Of a DNA stretch of 64,000 nucleotides, positions 12,110 to 24,904 are shown one piece after another. The stretch is from Anolis carolinensis. Taxonomy: Eukaryota. The stretch covers positions 110,337,971 through 110,401,970 of the forward strand of contig NC_085843.1 in NCBI RefSeq assembly GCF_035594765.1, read 5' to 3'. Each line of letters begins with the position of its first letter. Within the stretch, counting starts at the first letter, position 1. Position numbers and translations under genes: made by a program. The notes beneath the pieces are model-generated. The model made no database searches and was not told where the DNA came from. It saw only the letters and a list, made by a program, of their open reading frames with translations.

Positions 12110-12230
12110 TTGGATGGACTCAATTAAGGAAGCCACAGCCCTGAGTCTACAAGATCTGAGCAAGGATGTTCAAAGCAGAATGCCTTGTAACCCTTTTATT
12201 AATAGGGTTATCATGCATTGAAGCTGACTT
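12110..12230 (+). mobile_element. RTE/BovB-type 3' fragment
   Basis: WMDSIKEATALSLQDLSKDV, the RTE ORF C-terminus, followed by a degenerate ATAGGGT tail. Confidence 0.65.
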
Positions 12231-12377
12231 AAAAGCAGTGCCAGGAAATTTTGCTTAGGAATCCATGTTTTTTTTCTCTTACAAAATTTTGCTATTTGTA
12301 TTTTAGGGAGATGTATTTAGATTTTTTAAGATAGAGAGCCGGAGTCCTTCCTCAAACTACACATCACAGCATTCACT

Positions 12378-12667
12378 TTTTGTGTGTGTCAGGAGCGACT
12401 TGATAAATTGCAAATTACTTCTGGTTTGAGAAAATTGGCCGTCTGCAAGGACGTTGCCCAGGGGACGCCTGGATGTTTTTGATGTTTTACCATCCTTGTG
12501 GGAGCCTTCTTTCATGTCCCCACATGGAGCTGGAGCTGACAGAGGGAGCTCATCCACGCTCTCCCCGTGTTGGATTTGAACTGGCAACCTTCAGGTCAGC
12601 AACCAAATCTCCAAGTTAGCAGTCCGGCCAGCTCAAGGCTTTAACTCATTGCGCCACCGGGGGCTCC
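12378..12667 (-). mobile_element. tRNA-derived SINE (Sauria-like head, Vingi-like tail)
   Basis: Head GGAGCCCCCGGTGGCGCAATGAGTTAA and B-box-like AGTTCAAATCC; tail CAAGTCGCTCCTGACAC..AAAAA; imperfect TSD ACAGCATTCACT/AAAGCATTAACT. Confidence 0.85.
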
Positions 12668-14140
12668 AAAGCATTAACTAAGACACATCTATAGAAGTGG
12701 ACTAATAGTGCCATTAATGGGTCCCAGGCCTTGTAATTCCACTATTTTCCCCTATTTCTCCTATATGATATATCCAGCATTGTCTAACATGGGATATAAA
12801 TGCTTTGGTGTAATATTATTCACTCAGAACTCACTATCACCCCACATGAATATTTCAATTTTGAGGATGGGTAAAAAGTGCAAATGAGAAGTAGGCTGAT
12901 ATCCTAAAAAATAAGAGAAAAGCTATTTGAAAAGGAGAATATATTGCTCTATGTAGAAAATACACTCATAAATTTTAGAAGAATGCAAATGCTAATGAGT
13001 AACCATGCTACTAGATTGGGAGCACTTTGGATAATTTACTTAATGTACTGGGAACAAAAAATTGGCAAGCTACTGTTGAAAAACATGATTGCTTAGCTGC
13101 TCGTTCTGCATAGTATGCCCAGGCTCCTATTTGTTTGATGTTGATGGGATATTATCATGAATTATCATAAAAGTCAACAGAAATTTGCAAAAAAAGCTTT
13201 TAAAAACCTGGCATGTTAGACATAAATTAGACTCCATCACATTTCTCATGCTATTTTTAGAACAGAGTTTACTTCTAATTTAATGAAAATACATTAGATT
13301 TTTTATAGTTTGCAAGCCTTGATCCATAAATAAATGATGAGTAATTCAATAATAATCAATCAAGATGTTTTTAATTTTATTAAAACATGAAGGTACAAGG
13401 TAGTCCTACTTTGCACTTCATATATTGTATATAGAATGCATATTCCTTGATTCAGAGAAAGGCAGCTTGCCTTTATTCATGTAGTTGATATATGCAAGGG
13501 GGCCAAGAGTAGTGGAATATCTTAATTTCAGTTTTGTTCCATTTCTGTCTTCTTTTAGTTTCCCAAAGTTGTATTTTCAATGTTTGTATGGAATCTTTGC
13601 TGTACAAGTTCACAGCATGAGAATATAGCAATGGCCAGAATCCAATATCATCTACCTAGTTAAGTTCACCTCTCCTGGTCCAATTTCCTTTTAAGCCTGA
13701 TAGAAATGTATTTCTCTATACTCCAGTTATATTTACCCATACTCCAGAATGAATATCCTTCTCTCTGTGCAGCTGATGCCTAGCAAAATAGACTGTCACA
13801 ATTGCAGATGAGTAAATCTAGGTAATTCTTTCATATTCATGATCACTACTTAGTCATGATTTTGACACTTTTGCTTCTCACCCCATTACTAGTATTAGCT
13901 GCATTGGGAGAGGGATATAAATTCCTCTGGCAACTGAAGTGCAGTTCAACAACGTTACCATCACATTTGGAGGGTCAGTTTAGGAGAGATTATTTAGAAG
14001 TTTATCACACGAGGCAAATCACAATTACAACAGAGCAACCACATTTTTGTCTGAGATTTATCACATGATGTTGCTTCTCTCTGGCCACCCTATTGGTGGG
14101 AAGAGCCTGTAATACAATTCTTTCACAAACACAAATAATC

Positions 14141-14203
<63 letters not shown>

Positions 14204-14273
14204 GGCACAGCAAACAAGATAGATATGCTGGATTTCATATCACAAAATCATAAGTCGAACACTTCCCAAGTGT

Positions 14274-17200
14274 CTAGGACTGTGTGATGTATTTTCGGAT
14301 GATGCGCGCAGATCCCAGCAGGGTGACCTTTTGCAGTTGGCAGATCATAATTTTGTCAATGCCTATTGTTTCCAAATGCCGGCTGAGATCTTTCGGCACG
14401 GCACCCAATGTGCCCATCACCACCGGGACCACCTGCACTGGTTTCTGCCAGAGTCTTTGAAGTTCAATCTTGAGGTCCTGATAGCGGCTGAGTTTTTCCT
14501 GTTGTTTTTCCTCAATGCAACTGTCACCTGGGATGGCGACATCAATGATCCAAACCTTTTTCTTTTCCACAACTGTGATGTCTGGTGTGTTGTGTTCCAG
14601 AACTTTGTCAGTCTGGATTCGGAAGTCCCACAGTATCTTTGCGTGCTCATTTTCCAATACTTTTGCAGGTTTGTGATCCCACCAGTTCTTTGCTGCTGGG
14701 AGGTGGTACTTGAGGCATAAGTTCCAATGAATCATTTGGGCCACATAGTTGTGCCTCTGTTTGTAGTCTGTCTGTGCAATTTTCTTACAGCAGCTGAGGA
14801 TATGATCAATGGTTTCGTTGGTTTCCTTGCACAGTCTGCATTTTGGGTCATCAGCTGATTTTTCGATCTTGGCCTTAATTGCATTTGTTCTGCTGGCTTG
14901 CTCCTGGGCTGCAAGGATCAGGCCTTCTGTCTCCTTCTTCAGGGTCCTATTTGTGAGCCATAGCCAGGTCTTCTCCTTATCAGCTTTTCCTTCAATTTTG
15001 TCAAGGAACTTTCCATGCAATGTTTTGTTGTGCCAGCTGTCAGCTCTAGTTTGTAGTGTGGCTTTCTTGTACTGGTTTTTTGTCTGCTGTGCTTTGAGGA
15101 GTTTATGATTTTTGACTTCAATCAAAGCAGGTTCTTCACTTTGCTTTACATATTCTGCCAGGGCATGTTCTTCTTCTTTCACTGCTTGTTTTACTTGTAA
15201 GAGTCCTCTGCCCCCTGATCTTCTAGGCAGATATAGCCGGTCAACATCACTGCGAGGGTGCAGTGAATGATGGATGGTCATGAGTTTTCTTGTTTTTCTG
15301 TCCAAATTGTCCAGTTCCGCCTGTGTCCAGTTTATAATGCCAGCAGTATATCTTGTGACAGGTATGGCCCAGGTGTTTATGGCCTTGATGGTGTTGCCTC
15401 CATTGAGCTTGCTTTGTAGAATTTTTCTTACCCTTTGTGTGTATTCTTTACTGACCACAGTCTTCACATGTTCATGCTTGATGTTGTTCAGCTGTAATAT
15501 GCCCAGATATTTATAGGCCTCTGGCTGGTGACACTCTATTGTTTGGCCATTAGGCATATTTATGCCCTCACTTTCAATGATTTTTCCCTTCTTCAATGCC
15601 ACTGTCGAATATTTGTCCAAGCCAAACTCCATGCTGATATCAGTGCTAAAAATTCGGACAGTGTCGGGGGTGCTATGAATGTGATTTCCTGCTTCTTGGC
15701 AGGGGGTTGGACTGGATGGCCCATGAGGTCTCTTCCAACTCTACTATTCTATGATATTATGATTCTATGATTCAGTGTTAGTCAGAGACTGGATTTCAGT
15801 TTCCGTTTTTCCATACAGCTTCAGGTCATCCATGTACATCAGATGCGAAATTTTGTGAGAATTCTTAGATGTTTGATAGCCGAGATTTGTTTTTTGTAAG
15901 ATTGTTGACAGAGGGATCATGGCAATAGTGAAAAGCAGAGGGGACAATGAGTCTCCCTGGAAAATTCCTCTCCTGATGTTGACAAGTCCAGAGCTTTCAT
16001 TTCCAACAAACAGTTCCGTTTTCCAGTGCTCCATCATGTTTTCAATAAAGGTGCCAACGTTTTTACTAATCCCGATGGCGTCCAGGCACTTGATGATCCA
16101 GCTGTGTGGGAGTGAGTCAAAGGCCTTTTTGTAGTCAATCCACGTCATGTGAAGATTAGCTTTTCAGCTTTTACAGTTCTCCAGAATCATTTTGTCAATC
16201 AATAACTGGTCTTTTGTGCCCCTGCTTTTCCGTTTGTTGCCTTTCTGTTCATCTGGCAAGATGCTATTTTCTTCAAGATAGTCTTGAATTCTGTCAGCTA
16301 TGATGCCAGTCAGTAGTTTAAACATAGTGGGCAGACATGTTATTGGCCTGTAGTTTCCTGGTGCTGCTCCTTTTGCTGGAACCTTTTGTATCAGGTATGT
16401 TCTTCCAGTTGTTAGCCATTCACTGATACTTCCTTTCTGCAGCATCTCATTGAATTGTTGGGCCATTTTTCCATGTAAACTAATCAGATGTTTGAGCCAA
16501 AATCCATGAAGTTGATCACTACCAGGCGATGTCCAGTTCTTGACTTTTTGCACTCGTTTGCTGATCATTTCAGTTGTTATTTCCATCTGTTCCATTTTGT
16601 TCTGTGAGAATTTTCCTTCAAACTCCTTTATCCACCCAGCGTTTTTGTTGTAGTTCTTATTATTTTCCCAAAGCTCTTTCCAGAACTTCGTTGTTGCAGT
16701 TTTCTCTGGCTTTATGGTTACTGTGTCTGTTGTTTGGTTCAGGCTCTGATAGAACCGTCTTTGGTCTGATTGAAACAGTTGATTTTGTCTGTACTGGATG
16801 ATTCTGGCTTCATATCTTTCATTTTTTCTGGCTGTTGCTGTAATTTGTTCTTTCACAATTTCCAAAGCTTCTTCAATTTTTCTGGTGTTCAGCCAGTACT
16901 TTTGGATCAGGTATTGCTTGATTTTGTCATTCTTCAGTTTCTTCTCTTTCATATTTTTCAGGTTACTTGCATCTGATCTAAGTTTCTTGATTTTCAACTC
17001 TAGCCTGACCTTCCACTTTGGTTTTCCAGTCGATTTTCTTTGGGGCTGCCTTGGTTCTAGGAGCCCAAGCTCTTCTGTTACTATCATTGTTGCACTGTAG
17101 GCATACTGGTTTGTTTGTTCAATTGATGTTATTTGGACAGTGGAGAGTACTGCATTCACATCTTTCATGAGAGGCGCCAGGTGTTTCTTGGGCACTGTTT

Positions 17201-17762
17201 TTAGAGTTGGGAGCCGCTTTCTTATTGCATTTGCTGCAGCATGAGCCATGATCTTATTCTTGAGCTCTTGTTGTCTTGCTGTCAAGGTTCCTGGTGGTTC
17301 AACAGGTGTTTCAAGTGCTGGTTCATCAAATTCTTGCAAAAGCTCCACACTTTCTTCTGGTTCAATCTGTTCCACCATTCCAAGTGTGGCTGGAGTCTCT
17401 GCTACTGTCTGTGCTGTGGTCTGATGGTAATTTGCTTTGCAGATTTTCTGGATTCTGAATCTTCGTTGGTCAGCCAGTCGGGGTTCTGTTATCTGTGAGT
17501 CAGGGTACTCTTGTTTCCATAGCTGATGTATCCTTTTTTGGTAGCCGCGCTTTTCAGGTTCAGAGTTGTACTAGCATTTCATGACTGTGCGGTTTTCTGG
17601 CTTTGTATATTTCTGCCGCTTCTGTGACTGTTCATTTGGGTTTTGATGATTCCGTAGCCCACTTGTCGATGGATGTCCAGAATCATCAGCATCCACCGTT
17701 GTCCTTTTTATCCTGGGCGACGACCAAGCCAGTAAAGACTGCGTTTTGGTTTGATTCTCCAT
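14274..17762 (-). pseudogene. Disrupted RT-RLE ORF of the R4/Dong element
   Basis: ORF pieces 17571-17762, 16164-17378, 15765-16148 and 14274-15632. Stops at about 17572 and 16164, a probable deletion/frameshift near 17450, and a CR1 insertion at 15665. Confidence 0.92.
15665..15772 (+). mobile_element. 108-bp 5'-truncated CR1 3' end inserted into the R4 RT domain
   Basis: GGGGTTGGACTGGATGGCCCATGAGGTCTCTTCCAACTCT followed by (ATTCTATG)n tail; TSD CAGTGT at 15659-15664 and 15773-15778. Confidence 0.92.
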
Positions 17763-17776
17763 AATGCTAATGGGTT

Positions 17777-17911
17777 AGGTGCTCTTGGTTCCATTCCTCC
17801 GCTGAGACCTCTCTGGCTTGGTTGGACCTGCCGGTAGTTACACTACCGCCATCACAGCCCTCAGCATCCTCGGAATGGTTAAGCCCCCCCCACCACGTCA
17901 AGGTGGCACCT
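17777..17911 (-). ncRNA. Candidate structured cis-acting RNA in the R4/Dong 5' UTR
   Basis: Nested helices on the element's sense strand: AGGUGC/GCACCU, CACC/GGUG, CCAUUCC/GGAAUGG, GCUGAG/CUCAGC, CGGUAGU/ACUACCG; possible pseudoknot pairings GGCUU/AAGCC and CUUG/CAAG. Confidence 0.55.
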
Positions 17912-19113
17912 GTGGGGGGAATAATAATAATAATTATTATTATTAGGCCTTGCTCCCGGGAAGGTTCCTCCGCTGTGGCTCCCTACTTATCTATCTACCT
18001 TTCTACATAAGTAACAATCATGAGAAGGTAACTGACATAGAGAATTCTGGCTTTTTATTCCAGGTTTGCAAAGGTTTATTATCTATTGTTGAACAATAAG
18101 AGAATCTCTTTGCTTTTACTTTGCATGAATATTTTAATTTTTTAAAACATGAGTCACCTTCAAGGAAATGCAATTTAGGACATATGGTCATATTATAGTA
18201 ATGTGTAAGCTTGTTGAAATTTCATGGACCAGCTGTTTGTCTTGAATATCCAGTCAGATCTGGTTTATTCTTTGGGAACCATTTGTAAGTTAGCAATATG
18301 GCCTTGTCCATTAATGCAATTAGGGCCGCAATTTCCAAAGAGGAGGTTAATGATGTTTGATAAGAGGCCCTTTACATGATGTGGCAATTTCACTCTTCTC
18401 TATATACATTGGTGTCAAATGTATGCAAAAAAGAGAAGGGAAATCTAATGGCAATTATTATTGCATTAATCATTATGTTATGGAAACTGTCACATTTAAT
18501 ATAAATCAAATGGGAGCGAGGCCTCTTTTGTATTAAGGGATGCTTCTGTAGTTCAGCATTCTAGCTGCTTGTGAATTAAGCCTAGTTTAAACATGTGGTT
18601 GGTTTGTGAGAGTTAAATAAATGATATCTGAGATCCACACATCTATCTCACATTTGAATACTGGTACATGTTCAATGGTGACATGTGAGGAGTCAGTGGT
18701 CATCCTTGGAACACCACGCATGCGTGTTAACTTTACATTTGCAAGTTTTAAAATGTATTTTGCTCATGAGAAATTGGTTGTTGTGATAACTAAAAATCTC
18801 ATTGTTGAATAGCGATAGAAACGAATACAGATACTCTTTATTGCACTTCTTGAGACTTGTTTTGAGAAAAGGCTTTGGAAATCTCTATATTTGTGAGATT
18901 TACAGTCTATTCTGGGGGAACAAAAAACCACTTTTCTTGTTATTGTTGTTCTATGCCTTCAAATCAATTCCAACTTATTGCACTGCTAAGATGATTCTGT
19001 CACAGAGTTTTTGGCAAGACTTGTTCCAAAGTGATTTGCCATTGCCTTCCTCTGAGATTCAGGCCACATCTACACTGCCATATAATGCAGTTTGAAACTC
19101 CATTACAGTAGAG

Positions 19114-20163
19114 CAGGGATCCTCAAACTTTTGAAGCAGAGGGCCGGTCCACAATCCTTCAGACTGTTGAGGGGCAGAATTATCATTTGAAAAAAAAATA
19201 CGAAAAATTCCTATGCACACTGCACATGTCTTATTTGTAGTGCAATACAACAATAACAATGAAAGAACAATACAATATTTAAAAATGAAAACAAATTTAA
19301 CCAACATAAACCTATCAGGATTTCAATGGAAAGTGTGGGCCTGCTACTGGCCAATGAGATAGTCAAGTTAATTATGATTGTTGTTGTTGTGTGCCTTCAA
19401 GTCATTTCAAACTTTGGGTGAGCCTAAGTCTAAAATTATTTATTTATTTATTTACTACCTTTATTTACTATATTTATATCCCACCCTTCTCACTCTGAAG
19501 GGGACTCAGAGCAGCTGTATGTACATACAATATATTATATTATTAGCATAGCACAATATTAGCATTATATATTACTACTAGCTGTGCCCGGCCACGCGTT
19601 GCTGTGGCAAAGTATGGTGGTATGGGAAATAAAGTATTGAGGAATTGGTGGTAGTTAAGGTCAAGGGTCCCCTGGGCTGAGTGGGTTGCTAGGAGACGAA
19701 GTGGGTGGAGCTTAGCCTTCTAACTGGCAGCAATTGGATAAAAACAATTCTTCCTCTCCCTCTAATTAGGACTTTATTTTTCTTTTCTTTTTGTTGTATC
19801 AACCTAGAGGCATGGACGAGGGGTTGTGTTGTCAATTTTCGAGGTTGTGGGGGGTTTACTTTTGTTGTTTTGTCCGCTGCCGTGATGCCATCACTCTTTT
19901 ATATATATAGATATTGAACTATACAACTCTACAGTAATATTATATGTAATATATAACATATAATTAATATTATTATATGGTATTATTATGAGTATTATAT
20001 TGTATAACATTATAATATTTTTATCAATATTATATGTATATACAATATATTATATTATTAAAACTGATATACAAATATTATATTATAAAACTGAGCGCGG
20101 GGGCCAGGTAAATGACCTTGGAGGGCCGCATCCGGCCCCCGGGCCTTAGTTTGGGGACCCCTG
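19114..20163. mobile_element. Non-autonomous hAT (Charlie/OC1-like)
   Basis: TIRs CAGGGATCCTCAAACT / AGTTTGGGGACCCCTG; perfect 8-bp TSD CAGTAGAG at 19106-19113 and 20164-20171. Confidence 0.92.
19578..19911 (-). mobile_element. Non-autonomous Helitron
   Basis: Minus strand starts with TC and ends with CTAG; subterminal hairpin GCCACAGCAACGCGTGGC; inserted between A and T with no TSD. Confidence 0.88.
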
Positions 20164-21529
20164 CAGTAGAGTCTCACTCATCCAACATAAACAGGCCGAC
20201 AGAATGTTGAATAAGCAAATATGTTGGATAATAAGGAGAGATTAAGGAAAAGCCTATTAAACATCAAATTAGGTTATGATTTTACAAATTAAGTACCAAA
20301 ACATCATATTATACAACAAATTTGACAGAAAAAGTTGTTCAATACACAGTAATGCTATGTAGTAATTATTGTATTTACAAATTTAGCACCAAAATATCAT
20401 GATATATTGAAAACATTGACTACAAAAATGCATTGGATAATCCAGAACGTTGGATAAGCGAGACTCTACTGTATGTGGTCAATGTAATCTCATATTATGC
20501 AGTTTAACTTCATTATATGACTCTACACTGACCGTATAATGCAGTTTCAAATCACATTATATGGCAGTGTAGATGGAGTCTCAGAGAGTGTGACTTGCCT
20601 ACTAAATCAAAAGTATACACACATAGATTTATCTTATAGGAAAAATGCATACAAATTTCCATGTTGGAAAAATGTACTATATATTGCAACTTGACATGAT
20701 GGGAAAAGAATGCAGGGGATTTGGAGAAACACAATGAAATCAAGATCAGATTTTTCACATCCTTGCTTCTGGGCTGAAAAGAGACTTCACTGCATCATTT
20801 TACTAATCCAACAGGTTCCTGGATCTGTTAGGAAGCCTCTATGTGAATTTTCAGGCTTTGTGGAAACGAATATAAGTCATTGTTCCCCTAGTGCAAAGTT
20901 CTGCTGTCAGGCTCAGTGATGTATAGCCCAGAGGTTTTGCCAAAGAAGGAATCACTCACATGCCATTCTGAACTTGAACCTGTCAGCTGCAATTGGTGCC
21001 AAGGGTGATGAGCCAAAATGAGGAAAATAAGAACAGAAACTATACCTTCAAGAGCAAAGATTGTGAACTGAAAGCAGGCAGCAAAGTAAATTCAACAGGA
21101 TTCTTTTTTACATGTGGAATGAAGACAGATTATTTTTAGAAACATGGGATGCAGTGCAATGCAAAACAATACTTTGAAAAAGAAATGCACATCAACTGCA
21201 GAAAACATTTTGAAGCAAAGAGTTGAAATATTACTCTGCTATTCATTTCAAATGTCTGTATAGATATAGAAGATATAGGGAAGCACAGCCACTTCTGGAA
21301 TATACTGACCTGAGTAAGTACTATGTGCATGTTTTGAATGTGTAAACATTAACAGTTATCAAATCTCCTAATAGAAGAGCTGATAAAGTTCATATAATTA
21401 AGATAAAATTGTATTGAAATCATGTGGTCCACAGTTAATTTTCATGCAATACTCACATTGAAATTAATAAGGCTTGTGGGTACCTATTCCAAGTTATATT
21501 GTGACTATGGTCCATAAAGAGATCTAAAC

Positions 21530-21662
21530 CAGGCATGGGCAAACCTTGACCCTCCAGGTGTTTTTGACTTTAACTCCCACAATTCCTAACATCCTACTGA
21601 GTATTAGGAATTGTGGGAGTTAAAGTCCAAAACACCTGGAGGGCTGAAGTTTGCCCTGGCCA
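21530..21662. mobile_element. hAT MITE
   Basis: CAGGCATGGGCAAAC left TIR, degenerate right TIR, 8-bp TSD ATCTAAAC. Confidence 0.85.
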
Positions 21663-23949
21663 ATCTAAACTGATAAACTGGATGTCACCAGAACAAGACT
21701 AAAACACCCACCCATCCAGGGGCATATTTCTTTGATCTAAGATAATGCATCTATTTCATATTAAGTAGCACATAAACAATTTCAAGGGGGAACTGAAAAC
21801 TATAAATGTCATGTTCAAGTTTATACGCTTGTAAACTTTGGCTAACTGGTTTTTAAAATTTCTCTTTTTAAGGATTTCCCTCATGTTGACCCCTTCTGCA
21901 GAAGGTCTAACAAAAGCTGTGATTGATTTCTTACTTTGGTTGTAACTTATTGGACAACAAGACAGGTTTTGGTTTTCTGCTACAACAAATTAATTATACT
22001 ATTATATAGTACTGGCCATGAAATGGGTCTAATTATATGACCAAATCAGCAGTAGCACAAGTGCATGAATAATACGTTATTATGACAGTTAATAAGATGG
22101 TTAAGATGTCAGATCATGGCATTTTTTGAGGAAGAAAGAGTGGCAATGGCATCTTTATTCAGGAAACAATTTGTAATAATGCACAGAAGCATGTTCTTCT
22201 GAGAGGAAGATTACATTGGTTCTCAGAATTGTCTTCCTCCATGTATTGTCATGGACTATAACACCTTCAAAGAGATAATATTTGAAAGTTACTAATAACA
22301 GTGGGTTTCTTTGTGTCTCCCCAGTGGATCTCATTGGTCATTAATTGGATCTCACACACAGACATGCATTTAAGAAACCTTTAGGGAGATTTTAATTCAT
22401 TTGGCCAATTATCTCTTGAGATCTGATCGTAGCAGTTTCCAGACTGTTCGTGACATTGGAAGAAGCTGGGTTGTTTTCGCCTAATATGGGGCAAAGTGGA
22501 GATAGAAAATAGAATGAGAAGTTCCACATCTCACTGATGAGTAGTGTCAGGTCTAATTCACTCTGCAGAAAAAAAATTATTTAAGCAGGCATGACACCTG
22601 TATTTGCATTCCAAAAGTGCTTGGGTTTTACAGTTCTGCCTTTTGATTTGTTGTTAGCTACTCTGAGACTATAAGCAGGGGTTATGGGGTAGGGAGGAAC
22701 AGGCATAGGCCAGGGAAGGCCATACTTTGACATTTGTGTTCCAAGGCATAATATTATTGTAATTATTATTCTTAATCATCCACTTCTCGTGAAAGCTGAA
22801 ATCTCAAATTACTCTGATGTTGTTGACATTGTGCATCTGTCACACAAACCAGCATCTTCACATGCAAGATACAGGACGTACTGGGCTTCAGGGAACTGAT
22901 CCACAGTAAATCACATTACCCAAAGTCATACTTTCAATACTTGTTTCTTTCAACAGTAATGTAAGAAGTGGCTGTCATTTATCATCAGAAAAATGTACAA
23001 GGCATAATTGTGTTAAACTCTCATTTTCAGCCAAGCACATCTGGGAAAAATGGATCATTAGAAGGAGTAAAAGAAATTAACTGTCAAGAGTGACTTGCAC
23101 ACATTGTTTGATGAGAAGCAAGTGAGTGAGAGAAAAAGAGAAATGTCCTTAATTTGGCATAATTTCATTCTCAAAGACCAGTGAGTCTATTTGAGTTATC
23201 CATATATGGAAACATGATGACTGAATATAATTAAACATGTTAACTTTTTATTACTTTGTATTGATTGCTATAATATACAAGCAATAAAGTCTTCTTTGCA
23301 GCATGCACCCAATAAAGCGCGCTCTGGTTCATGAAATCTTCTATCATAATAAATGTGTTAATCTTTAAGGTACAAGAGTATGTGCTTTTCCTGTAAGAGA
23401 CTAAAACAACCATCTGTGGAATATGATATTTGAATCACTCAAAGTATTCTCTAGCTACTTGCTGAATACATTATATGTTTAAATATATTCTATTTCTTGT
23501 AAAACATATTTCTCCATATGGTTATATTATATTAACCTGACAAATATGGGAGTAGATATACAGCTATTGAAAAACATTTAAAATATTGGCAAATGTTATT
23601 AATAATTCTGAGATAAACTCCCCAGCACAAGAATCTTTCAATAAGATTCAGAGGTCAGAGAACCTATATGTGTTCATTTGTATATACAGATTTGGTACAT
23701 ATATATATAGCATAATATTTAAACCTTTAAAGCAATAAATAGTAGTAAATAATAATTATTTATTAAAGGAGGCTAAGCTTAATATAGAAGATGCTCCATG
23801 CAAAAGTTCCTGCATTGAAAGGAACAGGAAATACATTGCTATGAAAACCTTCCATGTGTACCTAAAGTTTCCATAATGAGAAGGGTTCACTGGATAAGAA
23901 TGCCTTCTGTGTCCTGAAATTCTGCCTTCAATCTGAGGAGGACAAAAAT

Positions 23950-24165
23950 ATTGTGTGACTTCAAGTAATTTCTGACTTATGATGACAAATCTATCATGGG
24001 ATTCTCTTGGCAGTATTTGTTCAGATGGGGGTTGTCACTGTCTTCTTATAAGGCTTAGGTAAAGTGTGACTTCCCAAAGGGTTTCCATGGCTGAGTAAGG
24101 ATTCAAATTTGGATCTCCTATGATTGCAGTTCAATACTTAAACCATCACACCGCAGTGGCTCTCT
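23950..24165 (-). mobile_element. tRNA-derived SINE with RTE-like tail
   Basis: Minus-strand head GAGAGCCACTGCGGTGTGATGGTTTAAG, B-box-like TTTGAATCC, tail CATAAGTCAGAAATTACTTGAAG. Confidence 0.7.
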
Positions 24166-24319
24166 AACACAGATGAGGAGAAGACATTGTTTAGGGAGCT
24201 CTGAGTGTCCACTCCAGTGCCTTTCTGATTAAGAAGATAGCCCAATCTTTATTATACTGTGTCTAGTCTACTACACGGATGGAACCAACAATGGTAGAAT
24301 TTGTGACATGGTTATTACT

Positions 24320-24520
24320 GTCATTTGCTGTCATATTGACTTCCATAGAGGCCCTATGAATTAGAAACCTCATCAACAACTCTGCCCTGGTCTTCTAAAC
24401 TCAAGGTGTTGGCTTCCTTTATTGAACCAATCCACTAGTAGTGCAGTCAGTAACTTTTTTCTACTGCCTTCCACTTTATGGAGCACTGTCATATTTTCCC
24501 AATGAGTTATGTCATTATGA
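24320..24520 (-). mobile_element. Old RTE/BovB 3' fragment
   Basis: Degenerate ENMTVLHKVEGSRKK and a WIGSIKEA-like stretch, plus TTCATAGGG tail. Confidence 0.55.
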
Positions 24521-24904
24521 CCCTTTGAGTAAGCAGAAGGGTCTTGTACCAAAAACAAGACCAGATGAGTCACTCTTCAGCAAATCTCTGATTGGCCTTC
24601 CTGCAGTGAACTGAGATAAAAGCCCTCATTTGTTTATCTGTATCCAGGTAGAGAAATCCCCTTACATTCAGATGAAGTGAACTATGTACTTGTGTAGAGT
24701 GAATGTATATATGTATTATACCATCTTTCTTCTTAAAATGGACCCAAGGCAAAAAAGCAATCTACACAAACCTATATACTTACTTACTTACTTTACTTAC
24801 TTATATACTGTTTGTTAATCAGGAAACTAGGCAACTTCTTTGTAGATGGCTGATTCTCTCACACCAGAAGCAACTTGCAGTATGTAGCCAACCAAGCAAA
24901 CAAA

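Larger units (their letters stand above)
14203..17920 (-). mobile_element. Full-length R4/Dong-clade non-LTR retrotransposon inserted in (TAA)n
   Basis: Single-ORF layout with RT (GIFQGDSLSPLLF, LMYMDD), CCHC knuckle (CRLC...HILSCC) and restriction-like endonuclease (RHN, PDITVV, IIDVAIP, EKLSRY). Flanked by TAA/TTA repeats at 14143-14202 and 17921-17945. Confidence 0.95.
19106..20471. mobile_element. Tc1/mariner (Tigger-like) MITE, interrupted within its left TIR
   Basis: TA | CAGTAGAG[hAT]CAGTAGAGTCTCACTCATCCAAC...GTTGGATAAGCGAGACTCTACTG | TA. Confidence 0.85.
19062..20580. mobile_element. PIF/Harbinger-type palindromic MITE (interrupted)
   Basis: TIRs GGCCACATCTACACTGCCATATAATG / CATTATATGGCAGTGTAGATGGAGTC; 3-bp TSD TCA at 19059-19061 and 20581-20583. 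Confidence 0.8.
18935..20600 (-). mobile_element. tRNA-type SINE with RTE-like tail (outer host of the nested stack), split at 19058/20584
   Basis: TTGTTCTATGCCTTCAAATCA...TTTGCCATTGCCTTCCTCTGAGAT | GAGAGTGTGACTTGCC is collinear with the uninterrupted copy at 23950-24165. Confidence 0.7.
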
